A stretch of DNA of 64,000 nucleotides, from NCBI GenBank assembly GCA_051744725.1, contig JBNJDI010000001.1, positions 11,455-75,454 on the forward strand. Reading direction: 5' to 3'. A program made the translations under genes and the position numbers. Below, piece after piece: positions 41,611 through 52,545 of this stretch. How positions within the stretch are numbered: position 1 is the stretch's first letter; every line of letters starts with the position of its first letter. Source of the stretch: Pseudomonadota bacterium (GTDB lineage Bacteria > Pseudomonadota > Gammaproteobacteria > Pseudomonadales > Oleiphilaceae). Below the pieces are notes generated by a model. That model did not search any database, was not told the origin of the DNA, and saw only the letters and a program-made list of their open reading frames with translations.

Positions 41611-42966
41611 TCAGCCCTCGATCTCAATGCGCGTCAGATTCTGTCGGAGAATCGGCCCGTACTCGTACTTGCCGGGACACACGAAGGTGCACAGAGCAAG
41701 GTCTTCCTCGTCGAGTTCCAGTACCCCGAGCTGCTGGGCCTGTTCGGTGTCCTGAACGATCAGCGAGCGCAGCAGCTGGGTGGGAAGGATATCGAGGGGC
41801 ATCACCTCCTCGTAGACTCCGATCGGCACCATGGCCCGTTCTGAGCCATTGGTCGTGGTGGTGAAGTTGAATCGCTTGCCCGGCATCAGCTTCGATATAT
41901 AGATGTTGAGACGGGAAAAACGGTTCGGCCCAGGCGACAGCCACCCCATGAAGTGACGGCGATAGCCTTCCTCCAGAGCGGTGATCTGGGTTGCTGTCCG
42001 TGCCAGATAGCTGACAGGCCCACGCGCGGCACGCCCGCCCAGTACGGAGCCATTGACCAGCCGGATGTCCATGTCTCCCTGCGCCAGCTCGCCCTCGAGC
42101 AGTTCCTCGAGGCTGGCGCCGATACGGGTGCGGAGCAGGCGCGGCTTCGCCGCACAGGGACCGGTGATGGCTACAATCTGTTCCGTGGGCAGCATGCCGG
42201 TGGTGAACAGGCGCCCGATATCCATCACGTTCTGGTAGCCCACCGTCCAGACCACCTTCTCACCACCCACAGGGTCAATGAAGTGGATATGGGTGCCGAC
42301 ATTGCCGGCGGGATGGGGGCCGTCAAACGTATGCTGCTGGAACTGCTCGCCGCCGGGCATCGGTATCCGGGCATCCGGACCTCCGCACAGGTGTACGGCG
42401 CCACTGGTCAGCCGGGAAAGCACGCGCAGACCGTTCTCGAATGCCTCGGGATCCTCGTTGATGATGGTCTGAGGATCCGGAGACAGCGGATGGGTGTCCA
42501 TCGCGGAGACGAAAATGGAATGCGGTTCCGGCGCGTCAATGGCCGGCACCTTGCTGTAGGGGCGGGTCCTGAGAACCGTCCACATGCCGGAATTGACAAG
42601 GTTGTCCACCACGTCCTGACGGGCAAGCCCATCAATCTCGGAAGCACTGTAACGGCCGAAGGTCTCAGCCTCCTCATTATCATCCACTTCGATGACGAGG
42701 GACTGGAAAACGCGCCGTTCGCCGCGGTTGATTTCCCGGACGGTACCGCCGGCCGGAGCGGTGTAGACAACGCCCTCGTTCTTCTTGTCCGTGAAAAGCA
42801 GCTGCCCACGCTTGACCTGGTCGCCCTCCCGAACCTTAAGAGTCGGCTTCATGCCGATGTAGTCAAAACCGGTCAGGGCCACATGCCGCACAGGCCGTCC
42901 CTGATCGATGGTCGGTTCGGGCGCGCCAGTCATCGGAAGATCGAGGCCTTTCTTGATCTTGATCAT
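41611..42966 (-). CDS. nqrA: Na+-NQR subunit A
   Basis: [35 protein letters not shown]. Confidence 0.98.
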   Translation of the reverse strand: MIKIKKGLDLPMTGAPEPTIDQGRPVRHVALTGFDYIGMKPTLKVREGDQVKRGQLLFTDKKNEGVVYTAPAGGTVREINRGERRVFQSLVIEVDDNEEAETFGRYSASEIDGLARQDVVDNLVNSGMWTVLRTRPYSKVPAIDAPEPHSIFVSAMDTHPLSPDPQTIINEDPEAFENGLRVLSRLTSGAVHLCGGPDARIPMPGGEQFQQHTFDGPHPAGNVGTHIHFIDPVGGEKVVWTVGYQNVMDIGRLFTTGMLPTEQIVAITGPCAAKPRLLRTRIGASLEELLEGELAQGDMDIRLVNGSVLGGRAARGPVSYLARTATQITALEEGYRRHFMGWLSPGPNRFSRLNIYISKLMPGKRFNFTTTTNGSERAMVPIGVYEEVMPLDILPTQLLRSLIVQDTEQAQQLGVLELDEEDLALCTFVCPGKYEYGPILRQNLTRIEIEG

Positions 42967-43010
42967 TCGCTTTGCCCAATCAGAACTGGATGGAGTGAAA
43001 AACCGGCCCA

Positions 43011-43016
43011 ATTATA
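43011..43016 (-). promoter_or_regulatory. Candidate -10 of nqr operon
   Basis: Perfect TATAAT on the minus strand 45 nt upstream of nqrA; -35 weak. Confidence 0.45.
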
Positions 43017-43112
43017 GAGATACCAGGCCCAGGATTCCACACAGAACCGGCCCGGAGCGACTACCCATTAGGTGGGAGACACTCTCGGGCCGGCCACTTG
43101 CAGTGGAGCCGA

Positions 43113-44597
43113 TCAGTGATCCGCGGCGGTGCCGCGCTCCGGGAATATCGGGAAGGACATACCGGCCATTTCGCTCACCAGCCGGATGACCTGGGCGCTG
43201 TAGCCCGCCTCGTTGTCGTACCAGACATAGAGCACGGCACGGTGACCATTGGCGATGGTGGCCTGGCCATCCACCACCCCTGCATGGCGGGAGCCCACAA
43301 AATCGGAGGAGACCACCTCGGGCGAACTCACGTAATCAACCTGTTTCTGGAGATCCGAGTGCAGCGCCACATCCCGCAGGAACTCGTTCATCTCGTCGCG
43401 CGTCGCCGCCTTCTCCAGATTCAGATTGAGAATGGCCATGGACACGTTGGGCGTGGGCACCCGGATGGCGTTGCCGGTGAGCTTGCCGTCCAGATCCGGC
43501 AAGGCCTTGGCCACCGCCTTGGCGGCCCCGGTCTCGGTCAGGACCATGTTAAGCGGCGCGCTGCGGCCCCGGCGCTCACCCTTGTGGTAGTTGTCGATCA
43601 GGTTCTGGTCGTTGGTGTAGGCATGGACCGTCTCCATGTGCCCATCGACAATACCGAACCGCTCTTTCACCGCCTTGAGCACTGGGGTAATGGCGTTGGT
43701 GGTGCAGGAGGCCACGGAGAGAATGCGGTCCTCGTCCGAGTACAGATCGTTGTTGATGCCCGGAACGATGTTCTTGATGTTGCCCTTGCCGGGCGCTGTC
43801 AGAACAACGCGGCTGGCACCCTTGGACTTGAGGTGCAGGCCAAGGCCTTCGTCATCACGCCACTTACCGGTATTGTCGATGATGATGGCGTTGTCGATGC
43901 CGTACTGGGTGTAATCCACCTGATCCGGACCATCGGAGTAGATGACCTTGATGTAGTTGCCATTGGCGATAATCGCCTCATTTTCCTCGTCCACGGTGAT
44001 GGTGCCGCGGAAGGAGCCATGCACGGAATCGCGACGCAGCAGACTGGCGCGCTTTTCCAGGTCGTTCTCGGCCCCGCCCTTGCGGACGACGATGGCACGC
44101 AGGCGCAGGTTGTTCCCGCCGCCGGCCTTCTCCACCAGGATACGGGCCAGGTAGCGGCCGATACGGCCGAAGCCGTACAGGACGATGTCCTTGGTTTCGC
44201 TTTCGCTGGCCGCCTTGGCTTCCTCGTCGTACCGATCGACCACAGGATTGACCGCTTCACGCAGGAAGTCCTCAAGGCTCTGCTCGTCCCGTACCTGGTT
44301 ATACTGGTTCGCGAGCTTACCAATGTCGATGTGCGCCTGGCCCAGGTTCAGCCGGTCCAGTGTCTCGAGGATCGGATAGGTATCGTGGACATCCAGCTCT
44401 TCCGCCTCGATCTGGCGCACGAATCGGTGTGCCTTGAGGATGTTGATGACCGACTGGTTGATCAGGGCACGCCCGTACATGGACGTCACAACGTTGTTGC
44501 GGCGGTAGAGACGGCCGATCAGCGGAATCATGGCTTCGGCGATGGCTTCACGCTCGGTCCAGTCGGAAAAGTAGCGGTTGAGTTGCTCCTGGCTCAC
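43113..44597 (-). CDS. gap: Glyceraldehyde-3-phosphate dehydrogenase, N-terminally extended type
   Basis: YGFGRIGR, VASCTTN, VWYDNE; GTG start at VSQEQLNRYF. Confidence 0.94.
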   Translation of the reverse strand: MSQEQLNRYFSDWTEREAIAEAMIPLIGRLYRRNNVVTSMYGRALINQSVINILKAHRFVRQIEAEELDVHDTYPILETLDRLNLGQAHIDIGKLANQYNQVRDEQSLEDFLREAVNPVVDRYDEEAKAASESETKDIVLYGFGRIGRYLARILVEKAGGGNNLRLRAIVVRKGGAENDLEKRASLLRRDSVHGSFRGTITVDEENEAIIANGNYIKVIYSDGPDQVDYTQYGIDNAIIIDNTGKWRDDEGLGLHLKSKGASRVVLTAPGKGNIKNIVPGINNDLYSDEDRILSVASCTTNAITPVLKAVKERFGIVDGHMETVHAYTNDQNLIDNYHKGERRGRSAPLNMVLTETGAAKAVAKALPDLDGKLTGNAIRVPTPNVSMAILNLNLEKAATRDEMNEFLRDVALHSDLQKQVDYVSSPEVVSSDFVGSRHAGVVDGQATIANGHRAVLYVWYDNEAGYSAQVIRLVSEMAGMSFPIFPERGTAADH

Positions 44598-44770
44598 GAT
44601 CAGGGTCCTCTGAAACAGGGTGTATGTCGGGTCATGGCCTCTCGCCCTTGCGGGCTGGCGTATTATCCAGCTTAAAGCACCCTGGCGCAATCGACTCGGG
44701 CTCGTCGGGGTGGCAGGCATGGCGCCTCGGCCTTAGAATGGCGCCTCCGCACACCGACCATGCAGCGTTG

Positions 44771-47700
44771 ATGAACCAGACCAGCACCCAGTCCCCACTC
44801 CTGCCCGCTGACCCGCCCACCCGCGGCGGCGACCACCGTCACTGGGGCTCGCTCCCCGGCAGTGCCCGCTCCCTGGCCATACTCGATGCCAGCCGGCGCT
44901 TCCCCGGACTGACGCTGGTGATCACCGGCAGCACCGACGAGGCCCAGGCGCTGGAACAGGAACTGGCGTTCTACCGTGATGATGACCGGGATGACGCGCT
45001 GCTCTCACTGCCGGACTGGGAAACACTTCCTTACGACATGTTCTCGCCCCACGAGGCGATCATTTCCCAGCGCATACGAACCCTGCACAACCTGCCCCGG
45101 ATGAGGCGCGGTCTGCTGGTGCTGCCTGCACGGACCCTGATGCACCGGCTGCCGCCAACCGCGTTCACCGAGGGCAATACCCTGCTGCTGGCGACCGGCG
45201 ACCCGCTGCCCATTGATGACTGGCGCCAGCGGCTGGAAGCCGTGGGCTACCGACATGCCGACAACGTCCAGGAACACGGCGAGTACGCCGTACGCGGCTC
45301 AATTCTCGACATCTACCCCATGGGGGCCGATCTCCCCTACCGGATCGAGCTCTTTGATGACGAGGTGGAAACGCTCCGCACCTTCGACCCGGAAACCCAG
45401 CGTTCCATCGACCAGGTTGAGCGCATCGAGCTGCTGCCGGCCCATGAGTTTCCCTGGGACGAACGCTCCCGGCAGCGGTTCCGCAGCCGCTGGAACGAGG
45501 CCTTCCCCGAGGCACCGCGCGAAGCGCCTGTGTATCAGGATGTAGCCGCCGGCATACGTCCGCCGGGGATCGAATACTTTTTGCCGCTTTTCTTCGACGA
45601 AACCGCCACGCTGTTCGACTATCTGCCGGAGCAGTCCCTGGTCCTGACCGACCCGGAGCTTCAGAGCGCGCTGGATCATTTCCAGGCAGAGGTTGATGAA
45701 CGCTATGAGGAGCGCCGGTACGACCGCTACCGCCCCATACTGGCCCCCAAAGAGGTGTTCCTGCGGACCGAGGAATGCTTCCGGCACATCCGACACCTGC
45801 CCCGTGTCACCTGGTTCGCCGAAGAACAGTCCCAGGGCGCCGGCGTGCTCAACATGCCCTGCGCACCGCTGCCGGATATTGCACTGGATGCCCGGGCAGA
45901 GGATCCGGCGGCAAAACTGCGGACCTTCATGGACGAACGCTCGCCCAGGGTGCTCTTTGCCGCCGACTCCGCCGGCCGCCGCGAAGCGCTGCTGGAGCAG
46001 CTGAAGCAGTACGGCTGGCAGCCCAGGGAGGTCGACAACTGGCAGCAGTTCCAGGCCGCCAGTGACACCGTGGGGCTGTGCACAGGCCCGCTGGAACATG
46101 GAGCCTGGCTCAATGAGGCCGGGCTCTGTGTCATTGCCGAGGCGGAACTCTACGGTCAGCGGGTCATGCAGCGCAGGCGGCGCCAGCGCGCCACGGACTC
46201 GGACACCGAAGGCAGCATCCGGGACCTTTCCGAGCTGCGCGTGGGGGCCCCCGTGGTGCACATCGACCACGGCATCGGCCGCTACCAGGGGCTGCAGACC
46301 ATTGAGGTGGACGGCCAGCCCACTGAGTTCCTGACCCTGCAGTACGCCAACGGCGCCAACCTCTATGTGCCGGTCTCCAACCTGAACCTGATCTCGCGCT
46401 ACAGCGGCGTGGACGATGCCACCGCGCCCCTGCACCGGCTCGGTTCCGAGAAGTGGACCCAGGCCAAGCAGAAAGCGCTGGAGAAGGTCCGGGACACTGC
46501 CGCCGAGCTGCTGGATGTGTACGCCCGGCGCGAAGCCAGTCAGGGCCACGCCTTCCCGCAGCCGGATGACGCCTACCATGCCTTCTGCGCCGAGTTCCCG
46601 TTCGAGGAGACACCGGACCAGATGGCCGCCATCGAAGCCGTGGAGCAGGACATGGCCAGCGAGCGGCCCATGGACCGGCTGATCTGCGGCGACGTGGGCT
46701 TCGGCAAGACGGAAGTGGCCATGCGCGCCGCCTTCCTCGCGACCCATGCGGGTAAGCAGGTGGTGGTGCTCGTGCCCACCACCCTGCTCGCCCAGCAGCA
46801 TTACGACTCCTTCCGGGACCGTTTCGCTGAGACCGGTGTGCGCGTGGAGCTGCTCAGCCGCTTCCGCAGCCAGAAACAGCAGCAGGCAACCATGGCCCGC
46901 GCCGCCGAGGGCGAGGCGGACATCATCATCGGTACCCACAAGCTGCTCCAGGGCGACCTCAACTTCCCCGACCTGGGCCTGACGATCATCGACGAGGAGC
47001 ACCGCTTCGGCGTCAACCAGAAGGAAAAGCTCAAGCAGCTGCGCGCCCAGGTGGACGTGCTCACCCTTACAGCGACGCCCATCCCGCGCACCCTGAACAT
47101 GGCCATGGGCAACCTGCGGGACCTGTCCATCATCGCCACACCACCGGCCCGGCGGCTGTCGGTGAAGACCTTTGTACGCCGCCGTGAGGATGCCCTGGTC
47201 AAGGAGGCGATACTCCGGGAGATCCTGCGGGGCGGCCAGGTCTACTACCTGCACAACGACGTGGAGTCCATCGAGCGGCTGGCCGAGGAAGTCCGGGCCC
47301 TGGTTCCGGAAGCCCGGGTGGGCGTGGCGCACGGTCAGATGCGTGAGCGCGAGCTCGAGCAGATCATGTCGGATTTCTACCACAAGCGCTTCAACGTGCT
47401 GATCTGCACCACCATCATCGAGACGGGGATCGACATTCCCAGCGCCAACACCATCCTCATCGAACGCGCGGACCGCTTCGGTCTGGCCCAGCTCCACCAG
47501 CTGCGGGGCCGGGTCGGCCGCTCCCACCACCAGGCCTACGCTTACCTGCTGACGCCCGAGGGCAAGAAAATCACCGGCGATGCGGAGAAGCGCCTGGACG
47601 CCATTGCCGCCGCCCAGGACCTGGGGGCGGGTTTCATGCTCGCCACCCACGACCTTGAGATCCGCGGCGCTGGCGAACTGCTCGGCGATGACCAGAGCGG

Positions 47701-48268
47701 CCAGATCCAGGGCGTGGGCCTGACGCTCTACATGGAGCTTCTGGACGAGGCCGTGAAGGCCATCCGCGAAGGCCGCACACCCAACGCGGATCTGCCCATC
47801 CGCCACGGCACCGAGATCAACCTGCGCATCCCGGCCCTGATCCCGGAGGATTACCTGCCGGATGTGCACCAGCGCCTGATCCTCTACAAGCGCCTGGCCA
47901 GCACCCAGAGCCAGGAACAGCTTAAAGAGCTTCAGGTGGAGATCATCGACCGCTTCGGCCTCCTGCCCGAGCCGCTGAAAAACCTGGTGCGCCAGACCGG
48001 CCTGCGCATACGCGCCGAAGCACTGGGGATCAGCAAGGTGGATGCCGCCGGCTCTTCCGCCACCATGGCGTTCAGCGCCGACACCCGGGTGGATCCACTG
48101 GTACTGGTGGAGCTGGTCCAGAGTTCACCCGCCGACTACGCGCTGGAAAGCGGTGACCAGCTGAAGTTCCGGCTGAACGGGGAAACCGCGGATGATAGAC
48201 TCAATGATCTTGACCGCTTCCTGACGCTTCTGGAAGAACGCGCCACGGAAAGCAAAGGAACCCAATAG
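44771..48268 (+). CDS. mfd: Transcription-repair coupling factor
   Basis: UvrB-like N-terminus, RID VHIDHGIGRY, GDVGFGKTEV, DEEHRFG, QLRGRVGR, TRCF domain. Confidence 0.98.
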   Translation: MNQTSTQSPLLPADPPTRGGDHRHWGSLPGSARSLAILDASRRFPGLTLVITGSTDEAQALEQELAFYRDDDRDDALLSLPDWETLPYDMFSPHEAIISQRIRTLHNLPRMRRGLLVLPARTLMHRLPPTAFTEGNTLLLATGDPLPIDDWRQRLEAVGYRHADNVQEHGEYAVRGSILDIYPMGADLPYRIELFDDEVETLRTFDPETQRSIDQVERIELLPAHEFPWDERSRQRFRSRWNEAFPEAPREAPVYQDVAAGIRPPGIEYFLPLFFDETATLFDYLPEQSLVLTDPELQSALDHFQAEVDERYEERRYDRYRPILAPKEVFLRTEECFRHIRHLPRVTWFAEEQSQGAGVLNMPCAPLPDIALDARAEDPAAKLRTFMDERSPRVLFAADSAGRREALLEQLKQYGWQPREVDNWQQFQAASDTVGLCTGPLEHGAWLNEAGLCVIAEAELYGQRVMQRRRRQRATDSDTEGSIRDLSELRVGAPVVHIDHGIGRYQGLQTIEVDGQPTEFLTLQYANGANLYVPVSNLNLISRYSGVDDATAPLHRLGSEKWTQAKQKALEKVRDTAAELLDVYARREASQGHAFPQPDDAYHAFCAEFPFEETPDQMAAIEAVEQDMASERPMDRLICGDVGFGKTEVAMRAAFLATHAGKQVVVLVPTTLLAQQHYDSFRDRFAETGVRVELLSRFRSQKQQQATMARAAEGEADIIIGTHKLLQGDLNFPDLGLTIIDEEHRFGVNQKEKLKQLRAQVDVLTLTATPIPRTLNMAMGNLRDLSIIATPPARRLSVKTFVRRREDALVKEAILREILRGGQVYYLHNDVESIERLAEEVRALVPEARVGVAHGQMRERELEQIMSDFYHKRFNVLICTTIIETGIDIPSANTILIERADRFGLAQLHQLRGRVGRSHHQAYAYLLTPEGKKITGDAEKRLDAIAAAQDLGAGFMLATHDLEIRGAGELLGDDQSGQIQGVGLTLYMELLDEAVKAIREGRTPNADLPIRHGTEINLRIPALIPEDYLPDVHQRLILYKRLASTQSQEQLKELQVEIIDRFGLLPEPLKNLVRQTGLRIRAEALGISKVDAAGSSATMAFSADTRVDPLVLVELVQSSPADYALESGDQLKFRLNGETADDRLNDLDRFLTLLEERATESKGTQ

Positions 48269-48279
48269 AGGAGACTGCC

Positions 48280-49038
48280 GTGCCGAGTCGCGGAACCCGC
48301 CGCATCCTGGTCAGCATGCTGCTGCTCTGCACCACTGCCATGCCGGCAGCCGGGGCGGACCTGTACCGGGTGGAACTGCTGCTGTTCGAGCGTCTGCTGG
48401 GAGAGCCGGAACAGCTGCCGGACCGCCATGACCCTGTTTCCCTGCCGGAAAGGGGCGTTCCGCTGTGGGTGGACAGCCAGTGGGCGCCGGAGCCCGCAAG
48501 CGCTGACGGTGTCGACGCGGCATCCGACGCGCCCGTGGAGCGGAGCCCGGAAATAGTGGCACTGCCCCTTGAAGAGCTCCGGCTCAACAGCATTGCCAGG
48601 GCGCTGAAGAACGATTCCGGCTACCGGCTTCTGGCCTTCACCGGATGGCAGAACCCGTTCCCGGATGGCTACCGCACCGTTCCCCTGGTCGTGGATATCG
48701 CGGCGGATGAGGCGGGTGAGCAGCGGATCCAGGGCAGCCTCCAGATCGAGCGCCGGCGTTACCTGCATGTACGGGCGTCGCTGAACGACACGCGTCTGAA
48801 CAAACCCGCACTTGATGTGGCGCCCATTCCCCGCGTCCCGGTGGTCTCAGAGCTGATTCGGCCCCTGCCCCACTACCTGGCCCCCGAAAGCCCGGCCTTC
48901 AGGGAGACGGTGACCCGGCTGACCGAGAACCGGCGCATGCGCAGCGAGGAGGTGCATTACCTGGACGCGCCCACCTTTGGCCTGGTGGTCTATTTCCATC
49001 CGATTGCTAAAGAGGATGGAGACGAAGACGAGGACTGA
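48280..49038 (+). CDS. CsiV-family peptidoglycan-binding protein
   Basis: Signal peptide, YRVELLLF, ERRRYLH, RRMRSEEVHYLDAPTFG; follows mfd. Confidence 0.82.
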   Translation: MPSRGTRRILVSMLLLCTTAMPAAGADLYRVELLLFERLLGEPEQLPDRHDPVSLPERGVPLWVDSQWAPEPASADGVDAASDAPVERSPEIVALPLEELRLNSIARALKNDSGYRLLAFTGWQNPFPDGYRTVPLVVDIAADEAGEQRIQGSLQIERRRYLHVRASLNDTRLNKPALDVAPIPRVPVVSELIRPLPHYLAPESPAFRETVTRLTENRRMRSEEVHYLDAPTFGLVVYFHPIAKEDGDEDED

Positions 49039-49055
49039 TGGTCGCCGGGCGGTGC

Positions 49056-49808
49056 TCAATCCGCCCGGAGACAGGCCTCCAGCACCTGCAGCACGCGCCC
49101 AATGCCCGCATCCAGGTTCGAACGGATGTCGTCCATGGTGATGACCTCACTGGTCTTGCCCGCCGCCCAGTTCACCACCAGTGCCAGGCAGGCATAATCC
49201 AGTCCCGCCTCCCGGGCCAGAACCGCCTCGGGCATCGCCGTCATACCCACAATATCCGCACCGTCCTGCTCCAGGCGTCGGATCTCCGCGGCCGTTTCCA
49301 GCCTCGGCCCCTGGGTACAGGCGTAGACACCGCCGTCATGGGGTACCACACCCACTTCCGCCGCTGCCGCCCTCAGGGCGTCGCGGATTGACTCGCAATA
49401 CGGCCAGGTGAAGTCCACATGCACCGTGTGCTCCAGATTCTGCTCATGGAAGCTGGGCGCACGCCCCCAGGTGTAGTCAATGATCTGGTCCGGCAGCACC
49501 AGGCTGGCCGGGGTCATGGCCGGATGGATTGAGCCAACCGCGTTGACCGCGATGATCCGGTCAACACCGGCCTGCCTGAGCGCCTCGATATTGGCCCGAT
49601 AGTTGACCTGGTGGGGCGGGATCCGGTGTGGATCCCCATGACGGGCCAGAAAGACCACCTTCCGCCCGCCCAGGCGTCCGATCCGCAGAGGTGCCGAGGG
49701 CTCCCCGCAGGGCGTCGCGGCTTCGAGGGTTTCATCAACGACCAGAGAATCAATGGCGGTCAATCCCGTCCCGCCAATAATGCCCCATACCGGCTCACTG
49801 CTGCCCAT
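49056..49808 (-). CDS. S-methyl-5'-thioinosine/thioadenosine phosphorylase
   Basis: GIIGGTG, FLARHG, PHQVNYRAN, GPRLETAAE, GMTAMPE. Confidence 0.92.
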   Translation of the reverse strand: MGSSEPVWGIIGGTGLTAIDSLVVDETLEAATPCGEPSAPLRIGRLGGRKVVFLARHGDPHRIPPHQVNYRANIEALRQAGVDRIIAVNAVGSIHPAMTPASLVLPDQIIDYTWGRAPSFHEQNLEHTVHVDFTWPYCESIRDALRAAAAEVGVVPHDGGVYACTQGPRLETAAEIRRLEQDGADIVGMTAMPEAVLAREAGLDYACLALVVNWAAGKTSEVITMDDIRSNLDAGIGRVLQVLEACLRAD

Positions 49809-50958
49809 TGGCGTCTCCCCCTTCTGTTGCAGGCTGTTCGCCCTCCGCTGCCACGCCCTCCCCCAGAACGGCCTGCGGTCCTCCGCCGGCGATGTGCAGG
49901 GTACGCGTCGGGAAGGCCACTTCCGCCCCGTGTCCGCGGATGATGCTGCTGATGCGCAGCATCACGTCCTGTTTCACGCTCTGGTACGTCACCCACTCCC
50001 GGGTGTGGGTGAAGGCATAGACCATGATGTCCAGCGAAGAGGCATTGAAGGCGGTGAAGTTGACGATCCGGAACTGGTCGGCATCGATGTCCTCATGCTC
50101 CTCCAGCATGCCGCGGATATCGTTCACAATCGGATCGACCACGTCCACATCCTCGTAGCGCACCCCGACCATCTCGTAGATCCGCCGGTTCATCATCCGG
50201 GAGGGATTCTCCACGGAAATGGTGGTGAAAATGGAGTTGGGAACGTAGAGCGGGCGCAGCTCAAAGGTCCTGATCCGGGTTACCCGCCAGCCGATGTGCT
50301 CCACCACCCCCTCAATGCTTGCATCCGGGGAGCGGATCCACTCACCGACCTTGAAGGGTTTGTCCATGTAGACAACGGCACCGCCGAAGAAATTCGCCAG
50401 CATGTCCTTGGCCGCGAAGCCGACTGCAATGCCGCCCACGCCCCCGAAGGCCAGCACCCCGGAAATGCTATAGCCGAGATTCTGGATGATGACCAGGGCG
50501 GCGATCACAAACACGGAAATCCGGGCCAGCTTGCCGATGGCTGACACCGTGGTGTAATCCATGGGCTCGGCAACGCGGCTCGAGACCAGCAGTTCCTCGG
50601 TCCCCTGTATGAACCGCAGCAACGCCCAGACCAGCAGCAGTATGAAGCCAAACCTCAACCCCAGCCCGTTGAGATTGAGCAGGTCGATCTCATAGAAACG
50701 GGCGGCCACTTCCGAGGCGAAATACAGCCCCAGAAGCCAGATATACCAGTATAGCGGGCGCCGTATGGCGTGGATCAGGACGTCATCCCAGAGATTGCGG
50801 TTGTTCCGCAGCTTGCCCTCAACCGCCCGGATCACCCACCAGACAACGAAGGCCACCACAAAGGTGACCAGCAGAATGACACCAGCCCAGAGCAGCCCAC
50901 GGAGTTCCGGAGCGACACCAACTCCGGACAGGAAGCCGTCGAGTGTGGCTAGGTTCAT
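49795..50958 (-). CDS. Small-conductance mechanosensitive channel (YnaI/MscS family)
   Basis: GGVGGIAVGFAAKD, GVVEHIGWRVT, YVPNS, VAFPTRT. Confidence 0.92.
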   Translation of the reverse strand: MNLATLDGFLSGVGVAPELRGLLWAGVILLVTFVVAFVVWWVIRAVEGKLRNNRNLWDDVLIHAIRRPLYWYIWLLGLYFASEVAARFYEIDLLNLNGLGLRFGFILLLVWALLRFIQGTEELLVSSRVAEPMDYTTVSAIGKLARISVFVIAALVIIQNLGYSISGVLAFGGVGGIAVGFAAKDMLANFFGGAVVYMDKPFKVGEWIRSPDASIEGVVEHIGWRVTRIRTFELRPLYVPNSIFTTISVENPSRMMNRRIYEMVGVRYEDVDVVDPIVNDIRGMLEEHEDIDADQFRIVNFTAFNASSLDIMVYAFTHTREWVTYQSVKQDVMLRISSIIRGHGAEVAFPTRTLHIAGGGPQAVLGEGVAAEGEQPATEGGDANGQQ

Positions 50959-51980
50959 GCGGGCGCCTCATCGAGCATCCGCAGCAGCGCCGCGCGGGTA
51001 TCGCGATACCGGGCGGTACTGCGGAAGGCCCCGCGCGGCCCGGGAAGCGGCTTGCCCCGCAGCGATACCAGCCCGGCTGAGGCGCGCGCTCCGGCTTCGC
51101 TCAGGCTTGCGGCCACGGCATCGGCGGCCTCGGGATCGTTGCACACCAGCAGCAGGTCACAGCCGGCATCCAGCGCGGCCTGCGCCCGTGCCGGCGGCTC
51201 GCCGGCCACCGCTGCGCCCGCCATGGTGAGATCATCGCTGATCACAACACCACGGAATCCCACTTCCCGGGAAAGCACGTTCTTCAGCCAGAACGGGGAG
51301 AAACCGGCCGGCTGTTCATCCACGCCGGGATAGACCACATGGGCGGGCATGACGGCATCCAGCGTCTCCGCCAGCTCCCGGAAAGGTACCGCGTCATGCC
51401 CCAGGATCTGCTCCAGGGTACGCCCGTCGCTGGGAAGCTCGTGGTGGGAGTCCGCCGCAATGGCGCCATGGCCGGGGAAGTGCTTGCCCACCGCCGCCAT
51501 GCCACCTTCATGCATCCCCTCAATCCAGGCGCCGGCGAGCTCCGCCACCACCTGTGGATCGGAATGGAAGCTGCGATCCCCGATCACACTGGAAACCCCA
51601 TGATCCAGATCCAGCACCGGCGCGAAGCTGAAATCCACATCCATGTCACGCAGCTCGGAGGCCATCAGCCAGCCGGCGGCGTGGGCAATGGCACGGCCAT
51701 TCTCCGGATCCCGCTCCCAGGCCAGACCGAAACTGCGCATCGGAGGCAGGCGCGTAAGCCCGGACTGAAAGCGCTGTACCCGGCCTCCCTCCTGGTCCAC
51801 GCCAATCAGTATGCGTGGCCGGATCTGGCGGATGGACTGCACCAGCGCCCGCAGCTGGGCCGGTGACTCGTAATTGCGGGAAAAAAGGATCACTCCGCCC
51901 ACCGCCTCATGGGCAAGCCGTTCACGCTCGGGGGCGCTGAGACGTGGCCCCTCGAGATCGATCATCAATGGTCCGCTCAC
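50955..51980 (-). CDS. nagZ: Beta-N-acetylhexosaminidase
   Basis: GVDQEGGRVQR, FAPVLD, KHFPGHG, DSH, SDDL. Confidence 0.96.
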   Translation of the reverse strand: MSGPLMIDLEGPRLSAPERERLAHEAVGGVILFSRNYESPAQLRALVQSIRQIRPRILIGVDQEGGRVQRFQSGLTRLPPMRSFGLAWERDPENGRAIAHAAGWLMASELRDMDVDFSFAPVLDLDHGVSSVIGDRSFHSDPQVVAELAGAWIEGMHEGGMAAVGKHFPGHGAIAADSHHELPSDGRTLEQILGHDAVPFRELAETLDAVMPAHVVYPGVDEQPAGFSPFWLKNVLSREVGFRGVVISDDLTMAGAAVAGEPPARAQAALDAGCDLLLVCNDPEAADAVAASLSEAGARASAGLVSLRGKPLPGPRGAFRSTARYRDTRAALLRMLDEAPA

Positions 51981-52020
51981 CGGGCCTCCCTAAACGACAC
52001 AAGAACAGCCCGGGCCGGCC

Positions 52021-52545
52021 TCACTGAACAAGGACAGGCGTGCCCGGGCGTACCCATTCCCAGAGCTGAAGAATGTCATCATTGCGCATCCGGATACAAC
52101 CGTGGGACAGCGGCTGCCCCATGGGCTCCGTATCCGGTGTGCCATGGATGTAAATGAACCGTCGCATGGTATCAACAGCGCCCCCGCGGTTATACCCGGG
52201 TTCCTCGCCACAGAGCCAGAGAATCCGCGTGAGTATCCAGTCACGCCCGGGATGTGCCTGATGGAGCTCCGGGCTCCAGACCTCTCCGGTGGGACGCCGG
52301 CCGCGGAAGACCGCGCCCCGGGGCTGGCCGGCGCCGATGCAGGAGCGCACGCGGTGCCACCCCAGCGGGGTTCCGCCGGAACCGTCCTGCTGACCGGGCC
52401 CGGCGGCGGCCGTGGCAATGCGGTAGCAGAGCCATGGACCAGCGCGCCCGCTCAGAGTCATGACCTGCCGGGCCAGGTCCACCTCGATCCGCTCAATCGG
52501 ATCCGCGCCGTCAGGCACCGCTGTCGGGATTCCCTGTGTTGCCAT
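52021..52545 (-). CDS. L,D-transpeptidase (YkuD) family protein
   Basis: DWILTRILWL, IYIHGT, SHGCIRM; start approximate. Confidence 0.88.
   Translation of the reverse strand: MATQGIPTAVPDGADPIERIEVDLARQVMTLSGRAGPWLCYRIATAAAGPGQQDGSGGTPLGWHRVRSCIGAGQPRGAVFRGRRPTGEVWSPELHQAHPGRDWILTRILWLCGEEPGYNRGGAVDTMRRFIYIHGTPDTEPMGQPLSHGCIRMRNDDILQLWEWVRPGTPVLVQ

Noticed and set aside
45299-47869. Very long antisense ORFs (856 aa opposite mfd; also opposite rne 10496-12223, gcvP 58238-60544, aceA 61583-63790, nqrF 36883-39090, gltX, ppsA)
   Set aside because: They are codon-mirror frames of well-conserved genes in a GC-rich genome, with no recognisable motifs, RBS or separate expression signals
52511-52545. 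35-nt overlap of psrA and the L,D-transpeptidase; long 5' extension of that ORF to 52989
   Set aside because: The extension is an alternate frame inside psrA; the short overlap probably reflects start-site uncertainty
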